Origin: Giardia intestinalis
Taxonomy: Eukaryota
Assembly: GCA_000002435.2 (NCBI GenBank)
Contig: CM018793.1
Strand: one strand, 5' to 3'
DNA length: 64,000 nt
A model generated the notes under the pieces. The model was not told the DNA's origin, made no database searches, and saw nothing but the letters and a program-made list of their open reading frames with translations. Shown here in pieces: positions 1 to 9,700 of this stretch. Both the position numbers and the translations under genes were made by a program. Position 1 is the first letter of the stretch, and each line of letters starts with the position of its first letter.

Positions 1-2368
1 CCCTTTCAAGTGCACCAGTGGTGCAATTGCTCTGTCTATAAGAAAGCAATGAAGTCTCATGAGGCTCTGAAAGTCTATCCGTGCAGAGTCCGAAGTCACG
101 TGTTTGTGGGCAGGACGTCTCAGACCGTTGGAGAGCGTCTCGATCCTGTTCAGAAGGCTTTGAGTCTGCACTGCTCTGTAGGTGGCGTACGCTCTCCGGC
201 TCCTGGTCCTGACACATATCCATAGGGTCGGCTTCGGAAAGGGTAGGGGAGGACATTTCTGTGGCCTCGTTATTTTGGGTCTTTCCAATCTGCGAAGACA
301 TCAGGGATTGCTCTGCTATTTTCTGATGGAGTAGATGCTCAAGCCGTGCAACTTCTTCTGCCAATGCCTCCTTCTGTGACTCGAGTTCCAAAATGCGGCG
401 TTCCTGGCTCATTCTAGTCGTAGGTGGCAGTGCCGGCGGTGCCATGAGCGACGTAGGAGGGACATGTTCGGACAAATCATGACAAACAATGTCTATGTCC
501 GACAGGGATGTACTGCCACTATCTTGGCAGAAGTCAGCAGGGTATACATCTGTCAATTTCTCCGACGGTGTTCCAGCTGTCAATGATAACTTGTTTGTTA
601 ATTCGAGTATTTGTTTCTGATACGCAAGGTTTTCAGCAGTCAAACGCTCCAGCTCCTTGTCCTTTTGCTCCATGTCCACGAGAAGCTTGTTGGTTTGCTC
701 AGCGTCGACAGGGTTTGACTCTGTGGACTGCTCCATAGGAGCATCAGGTCCTGTGGTCATCGATTTATCCGTAGAGCTACGCCGCCCACTTGCAACAGAC
801 ATAGCCTTTGGCATGTTGACAGAAAGTATACTGTTTCTGGCGTCATAAAGCACCTCGCCCTCTGATGGGTCGTTGCCAGTATCCGCTGGTTTGCTAAATA
901 AAGAGCTCTTGCGAGGCCCGGGGCTTACCGACTGTGTATCTGCCAGAGAAACCATAGAGTCGGCTCCTGAGCCATCATGTCCCTTGTTCATTCGGGCCTT
1001 GAGTGCTTGATTTTCAGCGGCCAGTTCCATATTGGACTGAACAAGCGCAACCATCTTCATCTCCAACGAGTCCATTCTGTCTGTAACAGTGGAGGCTAAC
1101 TGCAAACGCTGCTGGGCGTCGATGTGGGCAGAGCTTCTAGAAAGTTGAGATGACCGAACGGACATGGACTGGCGTAAACTGTTAACCTCTCTGAACGTGT
1201 TTGCGTATGCTTGCATGAGGCTTGAGCGCGAATCCATGGACATACTTCTTCTGGTGGACAAGTCTTCCAACGCGAGATGTTCATTGTCCGACTCGGTAGC
1301 TCTGCCGAGAAGGCTAGTTCGGATTATAGACACTTCATTGGGCTTACCGTGCAACACTGCCTTGATTGTCTGGACATTTGGAGCAGGCGTAATGCTTGAC
1401 GTCTTCGAGGACTCAGGTTGAGGATCATCTTTCTCCCGCCCCCCAAGGTTGGACCCTGCTCGGTGCGGTGGCATACTGGAAATATGACCAAGGGATGACC
1501 CACTTTTTGGCTTTTTGGCGGAGAGGGATGCATAGGGCGGTGGCTCAACTGACGAACTGTATTGCTGTGATGCAGAAGACCTAACGTCTGAACGTGAATC
1601 CCGGGATGTGGAAACCTTGCTAGTGTCTCCAGAACCTGTAGTCGTAGTCGGGTGTGTGTTGGATGTGTGGGTAATGGATGTGTGTGCTTGACTGCTCCTT
1701 TGGACGGAAGGCTGGGGTGACATAGAGCTGTGAATCGTGGTGTTGGTTAAGTTGCTGAAAACTACAGACTGCCGCTCCATGGATCCAAGAGACCTCCGAA
1801 CGCCCGAAAGAAACGTGCCTTCCAACGGTGCGAGAAAATTAGCAATCTCCTGAAAATCCAGCTCAAGTGCAAGGACATAGGCGGTCTTTCCAGCGAGATC
1901 GGTGTAGCCTGTTTCTCGAAGACTCAGTTGCTTGACGGCGTCAAATCGGCGATTGAGGACAGCGTGCATCATTGCGGTCCGACCATCCACGTCTGCGCGA
2001 CACTTCTGATACGGAAGAAGACTAATAATTGCATCGATAGAGCCCTCCATTGCTGCTATCATTAGGGCGCTACGGCTGTTTTCAGTTGCTATGTTCATCT
2101 CATAAGGCGCCAGCTTCTGACAGATGTCCGCCGAGTTAATACTAGCTGCTATCATCAGCGCAGTGTACCCACTTGAGTTGCGCAATGAATGCTCGAACGA
2201 GGCAAGCAAGTGCACCATCTCTGTGTCCTTTGCGCGGACTGCTCGCATGAGCCCCGTTTCTCCCCGTTCGTCGACGGACTTCTGGTAGGTAGCGATGTTG
2301 GCGCGGACCGCTGAGTAGTTGCGCGTTCCAATGGCCTGGAACCATTCCTCCGCGCTGCTGAAGAGCAT
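1..2368 (-). CDS. Ankyrin-repeat plus coiled-coil protein (Giardia 'protein 21.1'-like). 5' end complete; 3' end runs off the window start.
   Basis: The minus-strand frame with codons at +strand positions 2,5,8... has no TTA/CTA/TCA triplets from 2368 down to position 1, checked line by line. It has no stop in the window, which is why the ORF track omits it. The ATG is at 2368..2366, preceded on the coding strand by ttttagttttattatattagcaaatcagtgg. Translation starts MLFSSAEEWFQAIGTRNYSAVRANIATYQKSVDERGETGLMRAVRAKDTEMVHLLASFEHSLRNSSGYTALMIAASINSADICQKLAPYEMNIATENSRSALMIAAMEGSIDAIISLLPYQKCRADVDGRTAMMHAV. These are tandem ankyrin repeats. A Ser/Thr-rich low-complexity region follows, then a heptad-like segment (DRMDSLEMKMVALVQSNMELAAENQALKARM). 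The track ORF 2142..2372(-) is in a different frame. Confidence 0.6.
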   Translation of the reverse strand, partial: MLFSSAEEWFQAIGTRNYSAVRANIATYQKSVDERGETGLMRAVRAKDTEMVHLLASFEHSLRNSSGYTALMIAASINSADICQKLAPYEMNIATENSRSALMIAAMEGSIDAIISLLPYQKCRADVDGRTAMMHAVLNRRFDAVKQLSLRETGYTDLAGKTAYVLALELDFQEIANFLAPLEGTFLSGVRRSLGSMERQSVVFSNLTNTTIHSSMSPQPSVQRSSQAHTSITHTSNTHPTTTTGSGDTSKVSTSRDSRSDVRSSASQQYSSSVEPPPYASLSAKKPKSGSSLGHISSMPPHRAGSNLGGREKDDPQPESSKTSSITPAPNVQTIKAVLHGKPNEVSIIRTSLLGRATESDNEHLALEDLSTRRSMSMDSRSSLMQAYANTFREVNSLRQSMSVRSSQLSRSSAHIDAQQRLQLASTVTDRMDSLEMKMVALVQSNMELAAENQALKARMNKGHDGSGADSMVSLADTQSVSPGPRKSSLFSKPADTGNDPSEGEVLYDARNSILSVNMPKAMSVASGRRSSTDKSMTTGPDAPMEQSTESNPVDAEQTNKLLVDMEQKDKELERLTAENLAYQKQILELTNKLSLTAGTPSEKLTDVYPADFCQDSGSTSLSDIDIVCHDLSEHVPPTSLMAPPALPPTTRMSQERRILELESQKEALAEEVARLEHLLHQKIAEQSLMSSQIGKTQNNEATEMSSPTLSEADPMDMCQDQEPESVRHLQSSADSKPSEQDRDALQRSETSCPQTRDFGLCTDRLSEPHETSLLSYRQSNCTTGALER

Positions 2369-2429
2369 CCACTGATTTGCTAATATAATAAAACTAAAAC
2401 GCCTTTCATTTACCTCTAGAGAAGGAGAC

Positions 2430-3320
2430 CTACACTCTCCAAAGGACCTTGAGAACCTCTTCAACCGCATCCTTAAAGGCGTTGACGATATCCTTGCCCA
2501 TATCACCAAACTCTGAATAGTAGTTCTTTGCGTTGAGACACTTGTCGCAGAGGAGCGGGCTCAGGCGCGTCATCCTAGCGATGTCGCCCTTCTTATCGGC
2601 TGTGCATGCATGGTGGATAAGGAACGCGGCTCCGTTGTTCATACCAATGTTACGATAGTGGGCTGTGTGGAGCGCCCAGTAGAGCGGCCCCGAGGTTAGA
2701 GCTGCAAAAGCCTGGATCATAGTCATCCCAGCAACCTTCTCGAACTGGGTGGCGATAGCCTTGTACTCGCTCTCTACGGTGGTGGACATGATGTCAAAGA
2801 CGGTCTGCTCATCCTTCTTCGAAAAAGCCTCCTTGAGCTTAAGGGCATCGCCATTGATGTTGTTCCTCGGAGCACGGTCAAACTTGATCCAAGTGGTATA
2901 GAATGCACGGTAGCTAGTCGTGGACTTCAGGGCCTTTTCAAGCTCCTCAGGAAGATTCTTACGGAACTGTTGAGTGAATGCAACGACGGTATTGTTCCAG
3001 TCTTCGCGATCACACATGATCAACAGGTCAAGGAGGGCCCTGTGGTCGACAGAGCCCTTCAGGGCCTTGGAGAGATGCTTGGCACGCAGGACAGGAAGCT
3101 CATCCCAACAGTTCGAGACGATGGTGGCAGCATCCCCACCCTTGAGCATCTTGTTGATGTGGTCGTCCGGCTCTATGGAGTAGGTGCTGCGATACTGCGC
3201 TCTGACCTTCTCTCTGTCCGAGGCACTGTACTTACACGCAACCTCTGCGATGGCACGCGCAGACTTCTGCAAGATAGCGGCATTCAGGTCCGCTACGACC
3301 TTGGTGACAGTGTCAGACAT
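2430..3320 (-). CDS. Alpha-giardin (annexin-family cytoskeletal protein), 296 aa
   Basis: ATG at 3320..3318 with aacaataaataaaa immediately upstream. Length and repeat architecture match Giardia alpha-giardins (annexin E1 group). The C-terminus ...VEEVLKVLWRV parallels the alpha-1 giardin tail ...LCTLWRL. Annexin-like repeat segments include KGSVDHRALLDLLIMCDREDW and AFAALTSGPLYWALHTAHY. Which paralog it is cannot be told by eye. Confidence 0.75.
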   Translation of the reverse strand: MSDTVTKVVADLNAAILQKSARAIAEVACKYSASDREKVRAQYRSTYSIEPDDHINKMLKGGDAATIVSNCWDELPVLRAKHLSKALKGSVDHRALLDLLIMCDREDWNNTVVAFTQQFRKNLPEELEKALKSTTSYRAFYTTWIKFDRAPRNNINGDALKLKEAFSKKDEQTVFDIMSTTVESEYKAIATQFEKVAGMTMIQAFAALTSGPLYWALHTAHYRNIGMNNGAAFLIHHACTADKKGDIARMTRLSPLLCDKCLNAKNYYSEFGDMGKDIVNAFKDAVEEVLKVLWRV

Positions 3321-3504
3321 TTTTATTTATTGTTGCCCAGTCAGATGATTTTCGTTGAAGAAGCCACGGTCCGCTTGAATCTTCTTGAACAGGTGTACAC
3401 ATCAGATACTTTAATTTCATGCAAACCTGGCTCCGAGCAAAGGTTTTTTCAACAGCTGTTCTGCCTATAAAAGGTATAAAATTCACCATAAATCGTTCAA
3501 ATAA

Positions 3505-5961
3505 ATGTTACAACTCGTGACCACTCTAATTCTTCTACTCCTTAGTCTAGCCGATCCTTCCTCGGACGCGCTTTGTCTGACAACTCTTGTTGCAAATACA
3601 AATGGAACAGATACGTGGTTTAATAGGACGGATTGGAGCACCAGCATAGATGCTCAGACCATGTGTATGCTTCCGGGGGTCGTCTGTGACGCGTCTGGCC
3701 AGGTTAGACAGCTCCACCTCCCTGGAAACGGCATCATAGCCCCCGATTTCAAGCACTCTCTTCCACCGTGCATTGGAAGCATGGACGGACTAGAGTACTT
3801 GAATCTCACCGGAAATGCGCTCAAGGGCCAAATAGCTGACCTTCCTGCGCGTATAAAAGTAGTCGACTTGACCAGGAACAGTTTCACTAAGCTTCCCTCC
3901 AACATATGCAATTTGGCTAACACCCTCGAGATATTCCTTGTGGCAAATAACCCACTGACAGACGGAGTAATCCCTGAGTGTACCATGAGCATCCCATCTA
4001 TAGACTTTGGCCGCACCCAGCTTTCCTTTCCGGCTGGGAAGAGCTCCCTGACAATCGGTGCTGACACAAAGTGCTTTGGTCTTGCTGATATTTCTGCTCC
4101 TGGTGTTTCTCTTGTGCTTCCAACCGAGACTGCAAATCGGCTCACTTATTTGGACCTGTCGAACATGGGCCTGTCAGGCACACTTACCACTGACAATTTT
4201 AAGGCTCTACTCATGGGGACTGACGTTATGCTAGGATACAATCAACTTGAAGGAGAACTGGATCTAAAGGCAGTGTCAGAGGGCATACAGACTCAGGGAT
4301 ATTCGAAGATAAGGCTGTTGGATTTATCCAACAACAACTTCAAGGGCCTCATGGAAGGGGTGCAAGAGCTAGAGTCTCTTCTTCCTAAGTTCGGCCCCGA
4401 TATCTCTGTAATTGATATCTCCAACAATGCACTCGTTGGTATTGCACCCAAACTTAATGAGATTGCCAACTTTCGTGAGAGATTTCCGCATTTGATAGGC
4501 ATCAGAGCTAGCGGAAATAACTTTTTCTGTACCAAGGGTGTCTATGGAGTACAGGAGTCCAAGATGTCAGCTCCTGATGGTAGTAGCGATTGTACTCTGC
4601 TATTAACTACGGGAGCCACCGTTAAGGAAGTGATAATTCCGGCAGACTATTCTGACCCCGAGAATCCTATCGAGGAACAGCGCTACTATGAAGTCAGCCT
4701 CGTGCTGCGGTCAGGGTCTGCCACCAAGCCCTTGGACATCTCCAAGTTTGGAAGCACAGACTTCAGCTTTGGAATATACGATAGCGACCCCCAGACATCT
4801 GTTATGATCATCGAGGGAGTTGGGTTGCAGGCTGACGTCTCAGACCCGGTGGTCTTTACAACCTCAGGCCGAACTACAACGGACGAAGCCTATGCAGCAA
4901 TCAAGAAGTACGTTAACCTCATTGACGATCAAGGGAGCATCCCACCGAGCGTGATTACAGCGTTTTGGAAGACGCACGCGTTAGAGACCCACTTCGCGCT
5001 GAGTGGACCTGAGGTTCCTGCTGAGCATGAAGTGTACAGGACAAAGAATAGCTCGGATACCTTTTTGGGGACGATCTACTTGACAGGCAGCGGGGAAAGC
5101 GAGGAGCTCCACGAAGTTATAACACAGATTCTAACGCCGATGTTTGCCAAGTTCCCGAAGGTGCGCCGTTACTTTTCTGTCTCCTTCACGAGCACAGTCG
5201 AGCCGTATCAGTACAATACGTTAAAAGGTTATTCTCTCGTTTCCCCTGCGTCGGCTCTTGCCGACACATATATCGGGTGCTTCTCGTACTATACAGACTA
5301 TAATCTCACAAGGCTTAATGACCTTATGGAGTGCATGCATCCAAACGGCAGATTTGACCAATTGCCGTACATCCTCGAAACGTGTACGGAACAGCTCCTA
5401 GTCGGAAGATACGGCCTTTCTACAGCAAAGCTCAATGCCTTTAATCGCTGCTATCATGAGACCCGCGGAGTTTACCAGTCTCGCCTTGACATTTATAACA
5501 ATGATGTCAAGACGCGTGGCGTGGGCAGCACCACGGTCATGCGTCTAGGTGAGGACGTCTTCTGTGTTCCTCGTAACTCTTATTGTCAGTTCACCTACGA
5601 CACTACCAATTTGACTGAAACCGCATACCAGTTTGTTTGGTCCGCCTGTGACCAGCTGCGCAGTCAGCTGGGAGAGGCATCAACGCTTGGTTGTCCCAAG
5701 TATGGCGAATATGAGCCAGAGACCCCGCCGGAGCCGAACCCAGACCCTGAGCCTAGCCCCGATCCAGATCCCAGTCCAGAGCCGGACCCAAGTACCAACG
5801 AGTCGTCCATCAACGTTGGCATGACCACTGGAATTATCGCCGGTGGTGTCCTAGTGGCTGTTTTGATCGTGGTTATTCCTATAATAGTCTCAAAGCGTAG
5901 GAGGCCCAGAGCCTCTACGGAGTCCGAGGCTGCGCCATTGACTGGACACGACTATGCCTAG
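3505..5961 (+). CDS. Leucine-rich-repeat type-I membrane protein, 818 aa
   Basis: ATG at 3505 preceded by cctataaaaggtataaaattcaccataaatcgttcaaataa. N-terminal signal peptide MLQLVTTLILLLLSLA. The ectodomain has multiple LxxLxLxxN repeats (LEYLNLTGNALKG, KVVDLTRNSFTKLP, LTYLDLSNMGLSG, IRLLDLSNNNFKG, ISVIDISNNALVG). There is a PE/PD-rich linker (PEPNPDPEPSPDPDPSPEPDPS), a single TM (IIAGGVLVAVLIVVIPIIV) and a short basic tail. Confidence 0.6.
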   Translation: MLQLVTTLILLLLSLADPSSDALCLTTLVANTNGTDTWFNRTDWSTSIDAQTMCMLPGVVCDASGQVRQLHLPGNGIIAPDFKHSLPPCIGSMDGLEYLNLTGNALKGQIADLPARIKVVDLTRNSFTKLPSNICNLANTLEIFLVANNPLTDGVIPECTMSIPSIDFGRTQLSFPAGKSSLTIGADTKCFGLADISAPGVSLVLPTETANRLTYLDLSNMGLSGTLTTDNFKALLMGTDVMLGYNQLEGELDLKAVSEGIQTQGYSKIRLLDLSNNNFKGLMEGVQELESLLPKFGPDISVIDISNNALVGIAPKLNEIANFRERFPHLIGIRASGNNFFCTKGVYGVQESKMSAPDGSSDCTLLLTTGATVKEVIIPADYSDPENPIEEQRYYEVSLVLRSGSATKPLDISKFGSTDFSFGIYDSDPQTSVMIIEGVGLQADVSDPVVFTTSGRTTTDEAYAAIKKYVNLIDDQGSIPPSVITAFWKTHALETHFALSGPEVPAEHEVYRTKNSSDTFLGTIYLTGSGESEELHEVITQILTPMFAKFPKVRRYFSVSFTSTVEPYQYNTLKGYSLVSPASALADTYIGCFSYYTDYNLTRLNDLMECMHPNGRFDQLPYILETCTEQLLVGRYGLSTAKLNAFNRCYHETRGVYQSRLDIYNNDVKTRGVGSTTVMRLGEDVFCVPRNSYCQFTYDTTNLTETAYQFVWSACDQLRSQLGEASTLGCPKYGEYEPETPPEPNPDPEPSPDPDPSPEPDPSTNESSINVGMTTGIIAGGVLVAVLIVVIPIIVSKRRRPRASTESEAAPLTGHDYA

Positions 5962-6026
5962 AAAATTACTTCAAAGGGTAAATAATCAAAGGATTCGATA
6001 TTTCGTACTGATTGTCCGGCAAAAAA

Positions 6027-6587
6027 ATGGGGAAGATAGATCTTACCGACCAGGCCATTGAGCTCAAGATAGCAGGTAAACAGATGGAATCTCAGGCGCG
6101 TCGCCTCGAGACTGATGTTAAGAATCTCCGCTTGGAGCTGCAAAGGGTGATTGCATCTAACAATCGCGAACTCGCCAACACAAAGGCAAACCTCCTGGTT
6201 GCGAAGCAGAACCAGATAAACCAGCTTTATAAGCTCGCCGGTCAGATGGAGATCATTGCCACCCAGCTGGAGATAGGCGGCTTGATGATGGAGAATGCGA
6301 AGGAAATCAAAGGATTGAATAAAAATGTGAAGAAGGCTCTGAACACAATGGACACAAAAGCGCTTGCGAAGATCATGGACGAGTTTGCGAAGAGCGACAA
6401 GAACCTCTCCATGAACACCGCCTTCATGGGCCAGATGATGGGTGAGCAGACGAGCGCCACCATGGACTCCCAGGTCGCCGCCAAGCTGATCGCAGAGGTC
6501 GCACTGGAGCAAAAGCTCACGCTCCCCTCCTCGTTTGCAGACCTTGTGGAGCCCGCCGAGGCCCAGGTGGCCCAGAGCGTCGAGTAA
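6027..6587 (+). CDS. ESCRT-III Snf7-family protein (CHMP1/Vps46/Did2-like), 186 aa
   Basis: First ATG is at 6027 (track start 6012 is TTG), preceded by ccggcaaaaaaa. The protein has a coiled-coil basic N-half and acidic C-half. Segment KQNQINQLYKLAGQMEIIATQLEIGGLMMENAKEIKGLNKNVKKALNTMDTKALAKIMDEFAKSDKNLSMNTAFMGQMMGEQTSATMDSQVAAKLIAEVALE aligns by pattern to CHMP1B ([80 protein letters not shown]...). The subfamily assignment is tentative. Confidence 0.6.
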   Translation: MGKIDLTDQAIELKIAGKQMESQARRLETDVKNLRLELQRVIASNNRELANTKANLLVAKQNQINQLYKLAGQMEIIATQLEIGGLMMENAKEIKGLNKNVKKALNTMDTKALAKIMDEFAKSDKNLSMNTAFMGQMMGEQTSATMDSQVAAKLIAEVALEQKLTLPSSFADLVEPAEAQVAQSVE

Positions 6588-6589
6588 AC
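6583..6589 (+). promoter_or_regulatory. AGTAAAC (Giardia AGTRAAY-type polyadenylation signal) overlapping the TAA stop of the ESCRT-III gene
   Basis: cgAGTAAACgg. The stop codon TAA (6585-6587) lies inside the heptamer. The same arrangement recurs at other gene ends in this window. Confidence 0.5.
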
Positions 6590-6596
6590 GGACAAA

Positions 6597-6669
6597 GGCC
6601 CACGACGGGACTCGAACCCGCGACCTATAGCTTAGAAGGCTACCACTCTATCCACTGAGCTACGCGGGC
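6597..6669 (-). tRNA. tRNA-Arg (anticodon UCU), 73 nt, no intron, no encoded CCA
   Basis: Reverse complement is GCCCGCGTAGCTCAGTGGATAGAGTGGTAGCCTTCTAAGCTATAGGTCGCGGGTTCGAGTCCCGTCGTGGGCC. The 7-bp acceptor stem is GCCCGCG/CGTGGGC with one G-U pair. D-arm GCTC...GAGT. Anticodon stem GTAGC/GCTAT with loop CTTCTAA, so the anticodon is TCT. Variable loop AGGTC. T-arm GCGGG-TTCGAGT-CCCGT. Discriminator C. A-box (TAGCTCAGTGG) and B-box (GGTTCGAGTCC) are present. Confidence 0.85.
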
Positions 6670-6720
6670 ACACTCGCGCGCAAGAACGTAAAAGCGCATT
6701 GGATAGCCCTTCGAAGATTG

Positions 6721-9700
6721 CTAGTTTACCTGCCGGAGGAGGCTCGCCAGGATCTCCTCGTCTGTGATCGCCGCATACGTCGTGATCGGGTTTTCGAGGA
6801 CCGTCCGGAGCGCCGTGTAGATGTCGCGCAACGAGGAGCGGCGCCCCCGCGGCAGAAACGAGAGGATGTCCTGCTCTTGGGGGCTATCGCTCTGGAGGAT
6901 CCCCACAACATCGACCGGCCCCGTGATCATCTCGATCCCCTCGCGGATGCGCCTCGTCAGGAGCGTGTCGTCGAAGAGGCCGGGCTGATAGGCGGTGTTC
7001 GCAGGGTGCTCCTCCTCGATATCAGAAATCTCCTGTATGTAGTCTGTCCCGGTGAGGAATGTGTTAGCACCAGTGAAAGACGGGCCTGGAAACGGAACGC
7101 CCTCCTTGGAGTTCTCCGGCTCGGCAACAAAGACGTCCGTTGCATATCGCGGAGGCGCAGACTGTGCACGTAGAATATCGACACGCTTCCCATCATTAGC
7201 CGATTGGATACTGTGTGCCGCAACAAACCTTTCATGCTCCACTATCTGGGCGCTCTTGATTGCCCCATCAAATGGCTCTGTATCACTGGGGTCGCTGATA
7301 TCACTAACATCATCAATCAGCGAAAGGCGCTGAGGGTAAAGACTGGCAGGCGCACTCTTGTTGAGCACTCCACAAATTGATGTACGAACAAAGCTGGTGA
7401 CGAGCTCTGCAGCTAGCGTCTCATCGGTCAGGTCCATGTCTTGCACCACACCTCCTTTTGAAATGGCTTTATCGTGGATTGAGTATGGAGCGGGGAACGA
7501 GGCATCAAAGGTCCCGCGGTCTTCGCTCTGCAAATGAAGCTTGTATACCATTAGAGGAGACTCCTCCCCGCTGTGTATATCTATACTTGGCTTTGGTACT
7601 GTGCTACGTTTAGGGGTATGCATGTTATCCTGCGCAAAAGTTGAGTCGGAGCTGAGGTTGTCTGAAATATTTCCTGCCGTAATCGAAGAAGCCCTCTTTC
7701 CATACAGCATGGGATAGGTATGTGATTGAGTACCGACTGGCGACTTGACCGACGCAAGAGCCCTCATGATGATACTGTTGTCTGCATATTTCTCTCTAGC
7801 TGCCACAAGATACTCGTCCACTGCTGTCTGCCCGGTGCCTAAGACTAAATTGCGGCGGGTGCTATCTGGCCGTTTGTAAAGCGGTGACCTTGGGGGAGAC
7901 TTCGTATTCGGCAATGGGCTCTTAGAAAACTTCTGGGTTCCATTAGGAACGGCCGAGAAAGGCACCGGGGTAAGGCCGAGTCTAGTGGGGTCTCCCGTAA
8001 TATCGCTGCTGGCTGACGGTGCAGAAAGGCCCAAGGTTGGCGCAGCTACGATACTAGCAGCCGGTGCTCCAATCCCTCCCAGTATGGCAGCAATTGAGAG
8101 GGAGGACTTGCTTGCTCTAGAGGCTCGAGTTTTATTGCTCAGCCCACTATCCCTGCCCGTTGAGATAGAGCCATGTGAGCTACGACTCTGCTGAGAGTTG
8201 GTCTTTGCAGAGCCGGGGATATGCATTGTGTCGGCTGTCGTTATCAAGTAGGAGGAAAGCGGCTTTGCTGCTGAAATAACGGACTTTGATGCTGGACCTG
8301 TCCCCGTAGACTTAAAATCAGCGCCAAAAGACACGGAAGAAGATTGATCAGCTTCGTCCGACACAAGCTTGAGCTTCTCCATTGCAGTGTTAATAGTGTC
8401 TAGCACAGATTCAGTAATTGTCGTCTTCTGATTAAACTTATCCAAATCAGTGTATTCTAAGCCTTCTAGGTCGTTGGTGAGCTGTCGCAACGAAGAGGCG
8501 ACATCGGTGACGCCAGAGGCAGAATCACAGCGAAGCTTTGATACACCTGGGATCTTAGGAAGCGACGTATCAATCTTGATGGGAGCCGATTCACCAGAGC
8601 GGAGTGCGTGTCTAATGCCGGAACTCTGAAACAGGGAAATCTCGATGGTTCTAAATGTGGTTTCCGGCTGAAAATAAGGATTGCGTGACTCGCTGATAAG
8701 ATTCCCGTCGAAATCTAACCAGAGAAAATGGACCGGACCCTCTTTGGTAGAAACGGTGCCAATACTATTGTGTGCTCGAATAATGCTAAGATTCTTACTT
8801 GGTGCATGCAAAGCATACGACCTTAGGTGGTCTACACAACCTATGCCAGGGTTATCGGACAAATCAAGCTCAACTATAGTTGAAAGTTCCAAGAGAGAAC
8901 TGAGGAATGAGTGGTGCACGTTGCATCCCCGAACAGAGAGTCTCTCAAGATTAGGAAACGCCTTGGCAATTGCAGAGAAGAAACTCGAATTTATAGGAAT
9001 TCCGTCCATTACCAGGGTCGTGGTACTAGTAACAACAGGTATGTTAGCATGTCCTGAAGGAACAAATTGGTCTGTGACCCCTAGAAGAGGAAAAATGTAT
9101 CCATTATTTGTATAGGGCGGTATATTACGTACTGGACGCTCTAGCTTTAGATATTCGTCCACTGTGAGCCGTGCTTCCTCGACATTGGTTGTGGGAACCT
9201 GAAGAGAATTGTTGGAAAGAATAACCGTTTGAAGCAAGGGGAACTTAGACAATAGAGCACATAACGTATAGAAGTTCTCGATAAGATTGTTGGACAGATC
9301 TAGCACCCGGAGGGTTCTGAAAAGGTGTGCTTTTTCCAGCTTCTCTGGCGTTTGGCTGAGGAGGCCGTGAAGTTCGAGGCTCCGTTCTATCACATCATCT
9401 GTGACAAGGTTTGAGGATAATCGAAGAATGGTACAATTGAACTTTATAAAGTGATGAATCCCGAGCCTATTATCGCTAGCATCCACCTCGACAAGATTTG
9501 GCATGAGTGTCCGCATGTCAGGAAAGCCAGAGACGGCCCCGTAATTTCCCTTAGCAACGTTTAAGTGTGTTTGGACACGCAGATAGTTCTTCAAAACTTC
9601 CTTTTTCTTGACTCTAAGATCGTCTGCAGATGAAGCCACGTTTCCCAGTTGTTTGGAGAGGGCGAGGCTGTCAAATATAGACTGAGGTGTGATAGTATTC

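Noticed and set aside
2142-2372. Track ORF (76 aa, Arg-rich, begins on GTG) on the minus strand
   Set aside because: It is in the wrong frame. The real gene here is the stop-free ankyrin-repeat frame ending at ATG 2368.
2970-3470. 166-aa plus-strand ORF antisense to the alpha-giardin gene
   Set aside because: It lies entirely within a well-supported annexin-homologue CDS on the other strand. It is a typical shadow ORF.
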